Part shown: positions 47,046 to 57,125 of the stretch, piece by piece
Layout of the letters: each line of letters starts with the position of its first letter
Numbering within the stretch: the first letter of the stretch is position 1
Virus record (IMG/VR): IMGVR_UViG_3300009149_000014
Location: 52,186-116,185 of that record
Direction: 5' to 3' (one strand)
DNA from: a virus
Length of the DNA: 64,000 bases
Program-made: the position numbers and the translations under genes
Notes under the pieces: model-generated
Databases searched by the model: none
Told to the model about the DNA's origin: nothing
Seen by the model: the letters and a program-made list of their open reading frames with translations, nothing else

Positions 47046-47920
47046 TCTCTAACATTTTGTGCCAAACAGTCGATTTATCATTATACGATTTCGATTATCT
47101 TCTTTGTGCTAATATTGCTACAACTTTCGACAAGATCGATTTTGGCGTAGCTAATCCCGAGCCAATTCTAGCACTAAACCACAACACACGTAATCTACAA
47201 ACTCCAGAACTTCTGGAAAGATTAGAGTCAGCTTTGGTTCCATGTCGTCATGGTAAGTGGTTAGAGGCTCGTGGTTGTCCTGTTGATGATTTTTGCGGGA
47301 TTGATTTTGATTTGTTGTCTGAGCAGGATCTTTTTGACTTGTTTTTGTATCCTGGGGACCATATTTTGGACCGTTATGGCTACAGAGTTATCGATGGTCC
47401 AGCGTTTTGTGACTATCGTGATGGTCGTTTGGTTGGGATTGGTGTTAGAAACGTTTCGACTGATCTTGAATGGGTAGCAGTCGCTAAATTCACTTTTTCG
47501 AATTATGGGTTGTTTCTTTTTGGTTTTGATGATTATCTTGCTACTGATGAGATCTATGTGGTAGAAGGTGTTTTTGATGCTGTGGCGTTACGTTCTGCGG
47601 GGTTTAATGCTGTGGCTATTGGTAGTGCTTTACCTTCTCCTTTTCAGTTAGCTTGTCTTGCTCGTAAATTCTCTAATATTAAGTTATGTCTTGATAATGA
47701 TTTTCATGGTTGGTGTGGTGCGATGACGGCCCATTTACTCATGGGTTGGCCTATTTTTTCAATTGTTAATAAAGATGCTGGGTGTGGGGCTGTCGAATTG
47801 TTCGAGTTTGATATGGATGATTTAGCAGGCAAGATTAAGAACGGCGTAAAAGCGTATAATCAAGCTGTTGCGAGCAATTCTTTGTCCAGAAAACTACCGT
47901 ATAATTCTATCAGTGTTTAA
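47042..47920 (+). CDS. Second TOPRIM (primase-like) protein
   Basis: LFGFD, IYVVEGVFDAVAL..GFNAVAIG, LCLDNDFHG, KD. Confidence 0.8.
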   Translation: MISNILCQTVDLSLYDFDYLLCANIATTFDKIDFGVANPEPILALNHNTRNLQTPELLERLESALVPCRHGKWLEARGCPVDDFCGIDFDLLSEQDLFDLFLYPGDHILDRYGYRVIDGPAFCDYRDGRLVGIGVRNVSTDLEWVAVAKFTFSNYGLFLFGFDDYLATDEIYVVEGVFDAVALRSAGFNAVAIGSALPSPFQLACLARKFSNIKLCLDNDFHGWCGAMTAHLLMGWPIFSIVNKDAGCGAVELFEFDMDDLAGKIKNGVKAYNQAVASNSLSRKLPYNSISV

Positions 47921-47951
47921 AAGATCGACACTTACGCATTAATGTGAAGCT

Positions 47952-48278
47952 ATGAAACATAAAGACTCGACTGAGGAGAGTTCTCCCTTTATAAGTGAGA
48001 ATGAGGTTCGCGGCACTCGGGTTAGAGTCTGGCCAGTGGTTGATGAAACTGCTCATAATCCTCCGGGTGTTTACGAGGCTCTTAATGAGGAGCTTGGTGG
48101 TTTTGTGGGTCTTCGGGCTGCGGTTGTTTCTGTTCTTGGTGGGGTGGGTGCTTTGTCGCCTGAATTGTATGAGGGGGCTTTGTGTCGGATTGGGGAGTTG
48201 ACTGGGCGTGTTGTGGATAGTGAGTTTCGGACTGAGGTTCGGGATGTTCTTTGTAGTTTGCCTTGTCCTTTGGATTGA
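47952..48278 (+). CDS. Hypothetical protein
   Basis: ORF in a tightly packed run, with the local T/G-ending codon bias. Confidence 0.55.
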   Translation: MKHKDSTEESSPFISENEVRGTRVRVWPVVDETAHNPPGVYEALNEELGGFVGLRAAVVSVLGGVGALSPELYEGALCRIGELTGRVVDSEFRTEVRDVLCSLPCPLD

Positions 48279-48284
48279 TGTAAA

Positions 48285-49043
48285 ATGATTAAAGATGGCC
48301 GATCTTACTTAGTGTTGTGTTCTTGGAAGTCTGATGCTTTACCTAATTGGGAGATTGTTAAGTGGGGGGCTCCCATTGGCTTATCTGATCCATCTGGTCG
48401 TGAGGGTTGGGTTACTCAGAATGGTTTTGCTCTAAGGATGGACAATTGCACTTTTGAAGAGTCTTATGAGCTTGATGTTGTTGTCGATTTGTTGCGGGGT
48501 GTCCGTAGTGAGAAGCCCAAATTGGGTGAGAGTCGTATTTTGTCTGTTCCGAAGACTCTTCTTGCACTTGATATGATACGGAATTCAGTGCCTGTTACGC
48601 TTAAGGTGGTGAAACCGGTGATTCAGGAGCCTCGTGTTCTTGGTGAAGTGTCTGATGGTATTCATCCGGTGCGTACGAGTGAGTATGTTCGGAGGGTTCC
48701 TGTTAGGTTGACTGGGATGCAGCCTGCTGAGTTGTCGGTTGATGTTGGTGCCAAGTTTAAGATTGTCAACATGCTTGATGTTGATCGGGTGATTTTCTGT
48801 GTGCCGGATGATGGTGGTGCAATTGAGTTGGTCGATGAAGATCATATTGTGATGGATGGGGTGAGACGGCGGTTTTCTCGTTTGGCGTATAATTCATCTC
48901 GACAGTATGTTTTTAGTCTTGATCCTTTGGTTGTGGTTCCGGATGGTTCGGATCTTCAGCCGATTCAGCCGGATGATGATTTTTGTACGTATTGTGGTAA
49001 TTTCGAGGGTCCTGGTGGTTGTGACGGTGATTGTGAAAGTTGA
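48285..49043 (+). CDS. Hypothetical protein
   Basis: 252 aa with a C-terminal Cys cluster. Confidence 0.6.
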   Translation: MIKDGRSYLVLCSWKSDALPNWEIVKWGAPIGLSDPSGREGWVTQNGFALRMDNCTFEESYELDVVVDLLRGVRSEKPKLGESRILSVPKTLLALDMIRNSVPVTLKVVKPVIQEPRVLGEVSDGIHPVRTSEYVRRVPVRLTGMQPAELSVDVGAKFKIVNMLDVDRVIFCVPDDGGAIELVDEDHIVMDGVRRRFSRLAYNSSRQYVFSLDPLVVVPDGSDLQPIQPDDDFCTYCGNFEGPGGCDGDCES

Positions 49044-49045
49044 TT

Positions 49046-49513
49046 ATGCGTAAGGTGAAGCCGATTAAGCCTGGTGAGGTTGGGAAGATTGCTGGGGAGT
49101 CGATTCCTGATGAGGTGCTTGCGTCTTTCAATGAATTAATTGTTAAACATTGGAGTCCTAGTAGCAAGGCATCACATTTTGAGCAGGATGCTGTGGTTGA
49201 ATTGATTCAGAGTAAATTGAAGTGTGAGAGGAAAGAGATTTTCGATCGTTCTTGGCTTGATGTTGAGAAGATTTATCGTGCTGAAGGGTGGGGTGTTAAG
49301 TATGAGTCTGCCACCTATGAATCAGGTCCTCTTTATCCGGCGTCTTATACTTTTTATAAGTCTGTGAAGGCTTTGATAACTCGTCGTGCGGTTGCTGAAC
49401 CGATTAGTGGTCTTCATTGCTGTTGTGAGTGTGGTGAGGAGATGACAGACGAGGATGAGGTTGAGTTGTATTGTAATGCTTGTGTGGATTTGGAAGAGGC
49501 TGAGGACGATTGA
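49046..49513 (+). CDS. Hypothetical phage protein
   Basis: IPDEVLASFNELI..WLDVEKIYR..GW.V.Y pattern and a C-terminal CxxC pair. Confidence 0.6.
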   Translation: MRKVKPIKPGEVGKIAGESIPDEVLASFNELIVKHWSPSSKASHFEQDAVVELIQSKLKCERKEIFDRSWLDVEKIYRAEGWGVKYESATYESGPLYPASYTFYKSVKALITRRAVAEPISGLHCCCECGEEMTDEDEVELYCNACVDLEEAEDD

Positions 49514-49887
49514 TGAATACGCGACCAACTGTTTACGGGCAATGTCAAGATCTTGGTAGTATTTATACTAGACGTGATGATCGTCTTAAGCTTGGCTCTT
49601 GCAATTTCTGTAATAATCGTGAGACCGAGAAGGTGACAGAGATCACTGGCGGAGGTTTAGCTTTCCGTGCTTGTGATGATTGTCTTATTAAAATTGCTGA
49701 ATCCGCTGATGGTCTACAAAAGGCTCGGACTCGGGCTGCGAATAAGGTTAAGGCTCGGGCTGCGATGGTTGAGTATTTGAAGGATGGTGCATTATACAGT
49801 GCTGATCCTGATTGTGAACATGAGATGGATATGCAGAATTTTAGTGGTGTTAAGTGTTCTAAGTGTGGTGGTTGGTTTTGTTATTGA
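49513..49887 (+). CDS. Hypothetical Zn-finger-like protein
   Basis: CNFC, CDDC, CEH and CSKC motifs. Confidence 0.6.
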   Translation: MNTRPTVYGQCQDLGSIYTRRDDRLKLGSCNFCNNRETEKVTEITGGGLAFRACDDCLIKIAESADGLQKARTRAANKVKARAAMVEYLKDGALYSADPDCEHEMDMQNFSGVKCSKCGGWFCY

Positions 49888-49898
49888 GGGATTGATAA

Positions 49899-50174
49899 AT
49901 GAGTAATTGTATTAAGATTGTTGATCAGACCGGGGCTTCTGTTTGTTCTATGTCTGATGCTTGGGCTCGGAATGCTGATGCTGTCAAGTATGACGGTAAG
50001 TATTATCGAACTGTGAAAAAGTTCGAGTCGGAGTATACGAACGGTGGGTATAATTCTGGGTATTTCCCAGTGATCAATTTGAATTCTGGTACTATTCGTG
50101 GTATCAAGGGTGATCAACTTGTCGAAGTTGTGAAATTGGAAATTCTTGTAAAGAAATCGCATGAACAATCTTGA
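49899..50174 (+). CDS. Hypothetical protein
   Basis: GAGGG RBS, 91 aa. Confidence 0.6.
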   Translation: MSNCIKIVDQTGASVCSMSDAWARNADAVKYDGKYYRTVKKFESEYTNGGYNSGYFPVINLNSGTIRGIKGDQLVEVVKLEILVKKSHEQS

Positions 50175-50589
50175 AATTATTATTAACGGTGTAAAGTTGT
50201 CGCAAGCTGAATTGACGACTTTGCATGTGGCTTTGAATTCTTTTGCTATTGAGCTTAAGTCTGAGGGCTTGGGCGATGATGACAATGGGAGGTCTATTAC
50301 TGCTGGTTATCTTGGTTGTGTTTCTAGTATCTCACAGAAGATGCTTGCGGCTCCTGGGACTCAAGAATGTCAGGGTCTTGATCAACAACATCAGGATCTT
50401 AGTCGAAAGGATAAGGCTAAGAAAGCTGGTATTACTATAGGTGAATTTTCGGCTTTGGAGAGTCTTGAACGAGATGTGATGTATCTCGTTGATCCAATGT
50501 CGACGGTTGTTGAGGATTTAGAAGAGTACGAGAAGAAGCTTGGTGTTTGGAATCCTGGGATTCGTCGTCCTCGTTGGTTTAAGCTTTAG
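50161..50589 (+). CDS. Hypothetical protein
   Basis: 142 aa, coupled to the previous ORF. Confidence 0.6.
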   Translation: MNNLEIIINGVKLSQAELTTLHVALNSFAIELKSEGLGDDDNGRSITAGYLGCVSSISQKMLAAPGTQECQGLDQQHQDLSRKDKAKKAGITIGEFSALESLERDVMYLVDPMSTVVEDLEEYEKKLGVWNPGIRRPRWFKL

Positions 50590-50622
50590 GTAAAAGATAA
50601 AATCAAGTTGGGGGACTTGATT

Positions 50623-50904
50623 ATGAGGCTTAAAAAGAAATTCGGTAGTTTGGTCGCTGCCTTTATTCTTATGACCGCTGGATCTATTGTTCTAATAGAT
50701 CTTTATCTGTATATCGCACTTGATGAGGCTACTATCAGCGATATACTGAGTTCTTATTCTGTGTTCAGAGCCCATCCATTGCTTATTTCATTCTTTGGGA
50801 TGATTGTTGGTGGTTTGATGGTCCATTTCCTTGGGTTTGTCCCCAAGGGTAATTGGATTAAGGGGCATCATTTGTGTGAGAATTGTCGGAGAGAATTGGA
50901 TTAG
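50623..50904 (+). CDS. Small two-TM membrane protein (holin candidate)
   Basis: Basic N-terminus, two hydrophobic segments, charged C-terminus. Confidence 0.5.
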   Translation: MRLKKKFGSLVAAFILMTAGSIVLIDLYLYIALDEATISDILSSYSVFRAHPLLISFFGMIVGGLMVHFLGFVPKGNWIKGHHLCENCRRELD

Positions 50905-51560
50905 ACTTCTGATTGGTCCGTGTATCGGTCTTCGCCCACTTCTTCTTGGAAGATTTCGTTCATGATCTGTCGCACTATCTCTGCCTGCTTTTCTCTGTCT
51001 TCCCTGGTGTCGAACGGGTAGTAGGCATTCTGAGGCTCTTCGATTTCTGGAATGCGAGAACAACGTTCTCGGAGCCCTTGGTACATGGTCCAGAAGTGGT
51101 GTTTGACTTTTCGTTCGGATGTGTGGTTGTAGATGTAGGTTGGTTCGACTTGTCCGTCCATTCCGTGGCGGTGGAAGTAGAAGTGGTATCGGCTGGCTTT
51201 GAAGATGTAGTTGAAGACGAATAGGACTAGTTCGAGCCATTCGTCGGTGACGTTCTCGGGGGTGTGGTAGAGACCGCACCATTCTCCTGGCAAGTGGTCA
51301 GCTGAAATTTGAGGGCAGCGATCATTGGTTTCGCGGATTAAGATTTCAGTGATCTCATCTAATCGATCTTTGGCGATATCGGGCGGAGAATGTTCTGGTT
51401 CGCCTGGGAATCTATTGACGAATTCCCCATTTCGCCATTCGAACCCATTGCCATTGGTGAGCATTGTACAGATTGCTGCTCTGATCCAGGCTCGGTGGTC
51501 GTTGCCGTATAGGGTTGGGAATCGGTCGGCTTGTTCTTGGAAATAGGATCGTAGTTGCAT
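50901..51560 (-). CDS. Hypothetical protein
   Basis: AGGAG RBS ahead of the MQLRSYF start on the minus strand. Confidence 0.65.
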   Translation of the reverse strand: MQLRSYFQEQADRFPTLYGNDHRAWIRAAICTMLTNGNGFEWRNGEFVNRFPGEPEHSPPDIAKDRLDEITEILIRETNDRCPQISADHLPGEWCGLYHTPENVTDEWLELVLFVFNYIFKASRYHFYFHRHGMDGQVEPTYIYNHTSERKVKHHFWTMYQGLRERCSRIPEIEEPQNAYYPFDTREDREKQAEIVRQIMNEIFQEEVGEDRYTDQSEV

Positions 51561-51672
51561 GGTTGTCTCCTGATGTGGATTGTGATATTTCTGTGTTGCA
51601 AGGGAGAAATCAAAATTAAATCGCACTGGTTATAATAACAACGTGATTCCCAAAGCTTGGATAGATTAAAAG

Positions 51673-51960
51673 ATGTTGAAGGTTGCGTATCTTAAAGAAT
51701 ATCTAATAAACACTAATGGTATGATTTTAGATAAGAATGGTCCAAATACACCTTTACATTCTTTGTTGACCGGGAATTATGAATTGAGAGTTATTCCTGA
51801 TCGATCTAATATAAATTCTCTTGGTTTTCCGACTATCGATGAGTATTTGAACAGAGAATCCGATTCTGGCAATCGCCTTTTACAGATAGGAGTCAATTCT
51901 ATTACCACAAAATTGGTAGAAAATCAAGGCTTTGATTATGAGTTAAATTTTACTCTTTAA
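51673..51960 (+). CDS. Hypothetical protein
   Basis: 95-aa AT-rich ORF. Confidence 0.45.
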   Translation: MLKVAYLKEYLINTNGMILDKNGPNTPLHSLLTGNYELRVIPDRSNINSLGFPTIDEYLNRESDSGNRLLQIGVNSITTKLVENQGFDYELNFTL

Positions 51961-52000
51961 AATTATTTTCTATGTTTAGTGGTCGGATTATAAACGAATT

Positions 52001-52252
52001 TTAACACAGAGTAAAATTAAGTATGCAATTAAATTTGCTGCATGGTTGATTGGGTGAAATAACCAATGATTTAGGTCCTACGATCTTTATGCCAACTAAA
52101 TTATGGATTAATCGGATTTTCTTTTGTTGAATCAATTCTTTGATTTCTGTTAATGAAAACCCTTGTAGAATTGGTTGACCAACATTCCTAGACAATGTTG
52201 TCCCAGATATTGTCACTTCTTCGTCTACTATTTTTATTAAATATGGCATCAT
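52001..52252 (-). CDS. Hypothetical protein
   Basis: 83 aa, GGAG RBS on the minus strand. Confidence 0.5.
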   Translation of the reverse strand: MMPYLIKIVDEEVTISGTTLSRNVGQPILQGFSLTEIKELIQQKKIRLIHNLVGIKIVGPKSLVISPNQPCSKFNCILNFTLC

Positions 52253-52264
52253 TTTTCTCCAAAA

Positions 52265-52670
52265 TTTAATTTTTATTCATCTCAAAGTTAAGTAAAATAC
52301 TCACATTTTGAGATCTTTAGAATGCCAAAAATTACTTATCCAAACAAGTCAGTCGGCGATAAATTCACAGCCGACGAAGCCACAGAAATTAAAACTTCTG
52401 TTAACGCTTTGTATGATGAAGTAGAAGGCACTCTCCAAGGTCCTCAGGGAGATCCTGGCCCTGCTGGCCCCCAAGGAGACCCAGGTTCTTCTAGATTTGA
52501 AGTTATCACAGATGCTACTGTGTCTAGAACTCTTATTTTAACGGATTATCAGAAGTATATTAGGTTCACTAATGATTCTCCGGTGACTGTTACTATTCCG
52601 TTACAGTCTGCTGTTGCTTGGGAAGATGATACTGAGATTATACTTGAACAAGCTGGTGATGGTGTTGTTA
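52265..52670 (+). repeat. About 400-bp near-identical duplication (copy 1; copy 2 at 60945-61360)
   Basis: The upstream region and the MPKITYPNKSVGD... 5' coding sequence are shared at the DNA level. Confidence 0.9.
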
Positions 52671-53437
52671 CTGTAGTTGGAACTGGTGGTATTGATCTTT
52701 TTTCGACTTATGCAACTTCTTCTTTAAAGAAATACGCAACTATTACTTTAAAGAGGATTGCGGAAGATCAATGGGTTTTGTCTGGTCAAACTCTGATTGA
52801 AGGTTTAGTTGATAATATTTGGCAGGTCGTTCCAGATAGTGATTATACGGCCACGCCTGCTAGTGCTTCTAGAATAACGATGAGTAACACGGATGGATTA
52901 AGGGTTGGTTTGCCTATTCGTTACGTTTATGATGGTGTGACTCATTGGGCTGTGATTGAGGATATTTCGACTGATGCTTATATTGATATAGCTGGTTCCG
53001 CTTTGAGTGTTGCGGATGATATCACACAATTGGCTGTGGGACCTGCTTCTAATGTTGTTCACATGGGCGTTTTTGTGGGGGGTGAATATGGTGATGGTAC
53101 AGGTGATTTGCTGTTAGCAGATATGAACACTTATCTGCGATGGAAATTGGGCCGAGCGTATCTTGTACAGTTTGAATTCACGCATGCTACAGCTGATACT
53201 ACCGGTAATCCGAAGGTGAATGTTCGGGTTGGTGGCGATCTTGTGGGCACCGATGATTCTAATAATGGTGTTGAGCTTGGTGTGGCTGGGACTTGGGTCA
53301 GTAGTGGTTTGATAGCTATTAATCAGACAAATTATTTAATTAATCGTAACGAGGCTATTGAAGTTGCTTGTACTGTTGCTGGTACGGCAGGTGATGCGGC
53401 GGATCTTTCTGGTAATCTCGTGTTTGTGTTGGAGTAA
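52322..53437 (+). CDS. Tail fibre/adaptor protein with a short collagen-like segment (copy 1)
   Basis: (GPQ/GDP)n followed by a VTVTIP..EQAGDGVVTV..W.LSG fibre domain. Confidence 0.7.
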   Translation: MPKITYPNKSVGDKFTADEATEIKTSVNALYDEVEGTLQGPQGDPGPAGPQGDPGSSRFEVITDATVSRTLILTDYQKYIRFTNDSPVTVTIPLQSAVAWEDDTEIILEQAGDGVVTVVGTGGIDLFSTYATSSLKKYATITLKRIAEDQWVLSGQTLIEGLVDNIWQVVPDSDYTATPASASRITMSNTDGLRVGLPIRYVYDGVTHWAVIEDISTDAYIDIAGSALSVADDITQLAVGPASNVVHMGVFVGGEYGDGTGDLLLADMNTYLRWKLGRAYLVQFEFTHATADTTGNPKVNVRVGGDLVGTDDSNNGVELGVAGTWVSSGLIAINQTNYLINRNEAIEVACTVAGTAGDAADLSGNLVFVLE

Positions 53438-53440
53438 TTG

Positions 53441-56239
53441 ATGTTTATTTTTCAACCTCCAATGTATGCGTGGTCTACCGTTGTCGGTGGTGGTGGAGAT
53501 CCAGTAGGAATCGGCAGAGGACTGTTTGCTGGTGGTTACACGGGTTCTAGCACTCGACAGAACGTTATCGATTACATAACTATCGCATCAACAGGAAATG
53601 CCATAGATTTTGGTGACTTAACGCAAATCGCTGCTTTTTGTGGCGGACTTGCTAGTTCTACTAGAGGTTTGCGTGGTGGTGGAGTTAATAACAATGCCGG
53701 TACTAATGTCAATATCATCGATTACGTTACGATTGCTTCGGTAGGAAACGCAGTGGATTTTGGTGATTTGAACGGAGTCGCTAGAACTTATGCAGGCGGA
53801 TGCAGTAACGAGACAAGAGGTCTGTGGGCGGGCATGTATACAACAACTCACCTAAACCGAATTGATTACGTTACTATCGCATCGACTGGAAATGCTCTTG
53901 ATTTTGGAGATTTAACGCAAGCAAGGTTTGCAGCAGGGGCATGTAGTAGTTCAACGAGGGCATTGTGGTCCGGGGGTAATAATGGGAGCCGCGTAAATAC
54001 CATCGATTATGTGACGATTGCCTCAGCAGGAAACGCGATAGATTTTGGGGACTTAACAGGGGCAGCGTCAGATCAGTCAGGCACAAGCAGCTCTGTTCGT
54101 GGTGTCTTTGCTGGTGGGAGACATAGCAGTGGAGCAGTATTGAATATGATCAACTATGTGACGATTGCCTCAGCAGGAAACGCCACAGACTTTGGGGATT
54201 TAACACTGGCGAGGATGGGTATTGCTGCTTGCGGGAGCAATACGAGAGGGGTGTTTATGGGTGGTGGAACAACAGCCAGTTCTCCATCAAATGTCATCGA
54301 CTACATCACGATTGCCTCGTCAGGAAACGCGATCGATTTCGGTGATCTAACACTTGCGAGACAGTTTGCGGCAGGTTGTTCCGACGTACACGGTGGACTT
54401 CAGACAGAAGGTTCAGGGGGAGATCCAGTAGGAATCGGCAGAGGGCTGTTTGCTGGTGGATTTAATGGATCATCTAATTTTAACATCATTGAATATGTGA
54501 GCATTGATGCAACCGGGAATGCTGTTGATTTTGGTGACATGACGTCTGCACGTAGGCAGCCAGCCGCATTTGCGAGCGATACACGCGCTTGTATTTCTGG
54601 CGGTAGCACAGGTGCAGACTCTAACGTCATTGAATATGTGACAGTTTCTAATGCAGGTAACGCCACTGACTTCGGAGACCTTACGGTCGCGAGAGAAGGC
54701 GTAGCAGGATACTCCAATGCCACACGCGGAATCACGACAGGTGGACGTACACCGTATTCTAATGTGATTGATTATGTGACCATCGCTTCGGCAGGTAATG
54801 CGACGGACTTTGGCGACTTGACTGTAGCGAGAGCCTGGAAAGCCACTGCTGCAAGTCCTACGAGAGGGCTTGTAGGAGGAGGTCGAACCGATTCGGCACT
54901 GAACGTTATTGACTATACGACTATCGCTAGTGCAGGAAATGCGGTTGATTTTGGTGATATGATCGGCAATCGCGGCGAAAATACCGGCTGCTCCAGCAGT
55001 ACACGAGCATTGTTTTGGTGTAGAAGTTCAGCATTAAGTGCTGGCAGCAGGACAAATGAAATTAGTTATGTAACAATTGCTTCGACCGGAAATGCAATTG
55101 ACTTCGGAGACGCGACTGTTGATACAAGGTATCCAGGCGCTATGTCTAGCGAGACTAGGGGCGTTAAATCTGGTGGTCAAACTGGCAGCGGGACAGCAGG
55201 TCATCAGAATGTAATCGAGTATGTTACTATCGCCAGCACTGGAAACGGGACCGACTTCGGTGATCTAGTTGTTGCCCGCAGTCAAATCCACGGTTGTTCC
55301 GACGTACACGGTGGACTTCAGACAGAAGGTTCAGGGGGAGATCCAGCAGGAATCGGCAGAGGACTGTTTGCTGGTGGTAGTTCGGATTCCAACGTCATTG
55401 ATTACGTCTCTATTGATACGATTGGTAATGCGACTGACTTTGGCGACCTGACGGTGGGGCGACGTGATATTGCTGCATTGTCGTCTACAACGAGAGCCGT
55501 CTTTGCGGCTGGTCGAACTTCAACATCGACCTTTAGGAACGAACTAGATTACGTCACAGTTGCATCAGCCGGTAATGCCACCGATTTTGGCGACTTGATT
55601 ACAGGGTTACGCGGTCGTGCTGGTTGTGGCGATGCAATCAGGGGTCTGATATGCGGTGGTGGTATTTCTGCAGATGCATCCAATGAGATTGATTACATCA
55701 CTATTGCGTCAGTAGGTAACGCGACGGACTTTGGCAATTTGACTTTCGCAAGGGGGTGGATTTCTGCTGCATCATCACCAACGAGGGGTGTCATGTCTGG
55801 TGGTGCATCCGCTATGAATATCAACACGTCACAAGTCAACACGACTGATTACGCAACAATCGCGTCAGCGGGTAACGCAACAGACTTTGGTGACTTGACA
55901 GTCGCGAGATACACCAATGCGAGTTGCTCCAGCGACACTCGATGTCTAATCGGCGGAGGTATTGCGTCTTCCACTATTCAAAACGTCATTGATTACTTCA
56001 CGATTGCGTCCACTGGAAATTCAACAAACTTTGGCGATTTAACTGTAGGTAGGTCAAGTATTGCAGCAGCGTCAAGTAACACGCGAGGTCTGTTTGGTGG
56101 AGGTTCAGTGGGCTCAGGCTCCAATATCATTGACTACGTCACGATCGCATCGGTTGGTAACGCCACGGACTTCGGAGATTTGACAGTTGCAAGATTTGGC
56201 CTAGCAGGTTGTTCCGACGTACACGGTGGACTTCAGTAA
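53441..56239 (+). CDS. Triple six-bladed Kelch-like beta-propeller virion/adhesin protein
   Basis: 18 GNxx(D/N)FG(D/N) repeats in three groups of six, each group ending CSDVHGGLQ. Confidence 0.75.
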   Translation: MFIFQPPMYAWSTVVGGGGDPVGIGRGLFAGGYTGSSTRQNVIDYITIASTGNAIDFGDLTQIAAFCGGLASSTRGLRGGGVNNNAGTNVNIIDYVTIASVGNAVDFGDLNGVARTYAGGCSNETRGLWAGMYTTTHLNRIDYVTIASTGNALDFGDLTQARFAAGACSSSTRALWSGGNNGSRVNTIDYVTIASAGNAIDFGDLTGAASDQSGTSSSVRGVFAGGRHSSGAVLNMINYVTIASAGNATDFGDLTLARMGIAACGSNTRGVFMGGGTTASSPSNVIDYITIASSGNAIDFGDLTLARQFAAGCSDVHGGLQTEGSGGDPVGIGRGLFAGGFNGSSNFNIIEYVSIDATGNAVDFGDMTSARRQPAAFASDTRACISGGSTGADSNVIEYVTVSNAGNATDFGDLTVAREGVAGYSNATRGITTGGRTPYSNVIDYVTIASAGNATDFGDLTVARAWKATAASPTRGLVGGGRTDSALNVIDYTTIASAGNAVDFGDMIGNRGENTGCSSSTRALFWCRSSALSAGSRTNEISYVTIASTGNAIDFGDATVDTRYPGAMSSETRGVKSGGQTGSGTAGHQNVIEYVTIASTGNGTDFGDLVVARSQIHGCSDVHGGLQTEGSGGDPAGIGRGLFAGGSSDSNVIDYVSIDTIGNATDFGDLTVGRRDIAALSSTTRAVFAAGRTSTSTFRNELDYVTVASAGNATDFGDLITGLRGRAGCGDAIRGLICGGGISADASNEIDYITIASVGNATDFGNLTFARGWISAASSPTRGVMSGGASAMNINTSQVNTTDYATIASAGNATDFGDLTVARYTNASCSSDTRCLIGGGIASSTIQNVIDYFTIASTGNSTNFGDLTVGRSSIAAASSNTRGLFGGGSVGSGSNIIDYVTIASVGNATDFGDLTVARFGLAGCSDVHGGLQ

Positions 56240-56265
56240 CTTAACTTCCACAACAATAGAGAAAA

Positions 56266-57114
56266 ATGGAAGAACCAAACACACAGCTCGCTCCGCTCGA
56301 ACAACTTGGATTATCCGTTGTCGAGCAGTACAAACCTATGCTTTCGGTCATTGACGAAAACCGATTATCGGTCTCGAAAGCCCTGAAGCAGCATGGCAAG
56401 AGCCACACACAGTTCCAGTACACGATGCTGGACAATGCTGGTCCGATCGCTGGACCTACCAAGCTCCGCAACATGCGGCAGATTCTCGCTGTCATCGACC
56501 AGACGGAGTCTGCGCTGAATGAGGCTTGGTTCCGGCGACGAAAGAAGCAGGTTGAAGCATTGCAACTGCGGAAACGTGCTGAAACCGCTGAAGATGATCT
56601 CGAAAGGGAGATGCTTGAAATCGAAGCGGAGGAAATCGAACAAGGATTCCTCAGCTCGGAAAAGAGCATTGGTGGCGCAATCAGAAAGCTTGCCGCTTAC
56701 TACGAACAGTACCGGGAGTTGGAAGCCCAACTCAAGGAAGAACTCGGCAAGGAGGAAATCACTGAAGCTGATTTCGAGGCCGATGAAGAGCGTTTTCACA
56801 TCATGAAAGCGTTCGAGCAAGCGATGATCGCTGGTAGAGCAAATGGTCGCATTGACCACGGCAACATGATTTACCTGCATGACATTGGTGTTAGCGGTGT
56901 TCATGCTCAACAGGACATCATGTCTCATTTGGCTAGAACCCTCGACTATGCGAGGTCTCATCCGGAGAATCCTGTTGAGTGCCACAAGATGGATTGTGAG
57001 TTCCTGGATGCTGTGGCTAAAAAATATAGTGGCAGTGCTACAGCTTACGCCAAGCGTAAGGGTCTCAGATCGATCACTCAGTCGGTGGCGTTGTTGCGAG
57101 ACAAACCTGAATAA
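56266..57114 (+). CDS. Hypothetical helical protein (possible chaperone of the propeller protein)
   Basis: 282 aa, coiled-coil, GC-richer than its neighbours. Confidence 0.65.
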   Translation: MEEPNTQLAPLEQLGLSVVEQYKPMLSVIDENRLSVSKALKQHGKSHTQFQYTMLDNAGPIAGPTKLRNMRQILAVIDQTESALNEAWFRRRKKQVEALQLRKRAETAEDDLEREMLEIEAEEIEQGFLSSEKSIGGAIRKLAAYYEQYRELEAQLKEELGKEEITEADFEADEERFHIMKAFEQAMIAGRANGRIDHGNMIYLHDIGVSGVHAQQDIMSHLARTLDYARSHPENPVECHKMDCEFLDAVAKKYSGSATAYAKRKGLRSITQSVALLRDKPE

Positions 57115-57125
57115 GAGTTTTAGTA

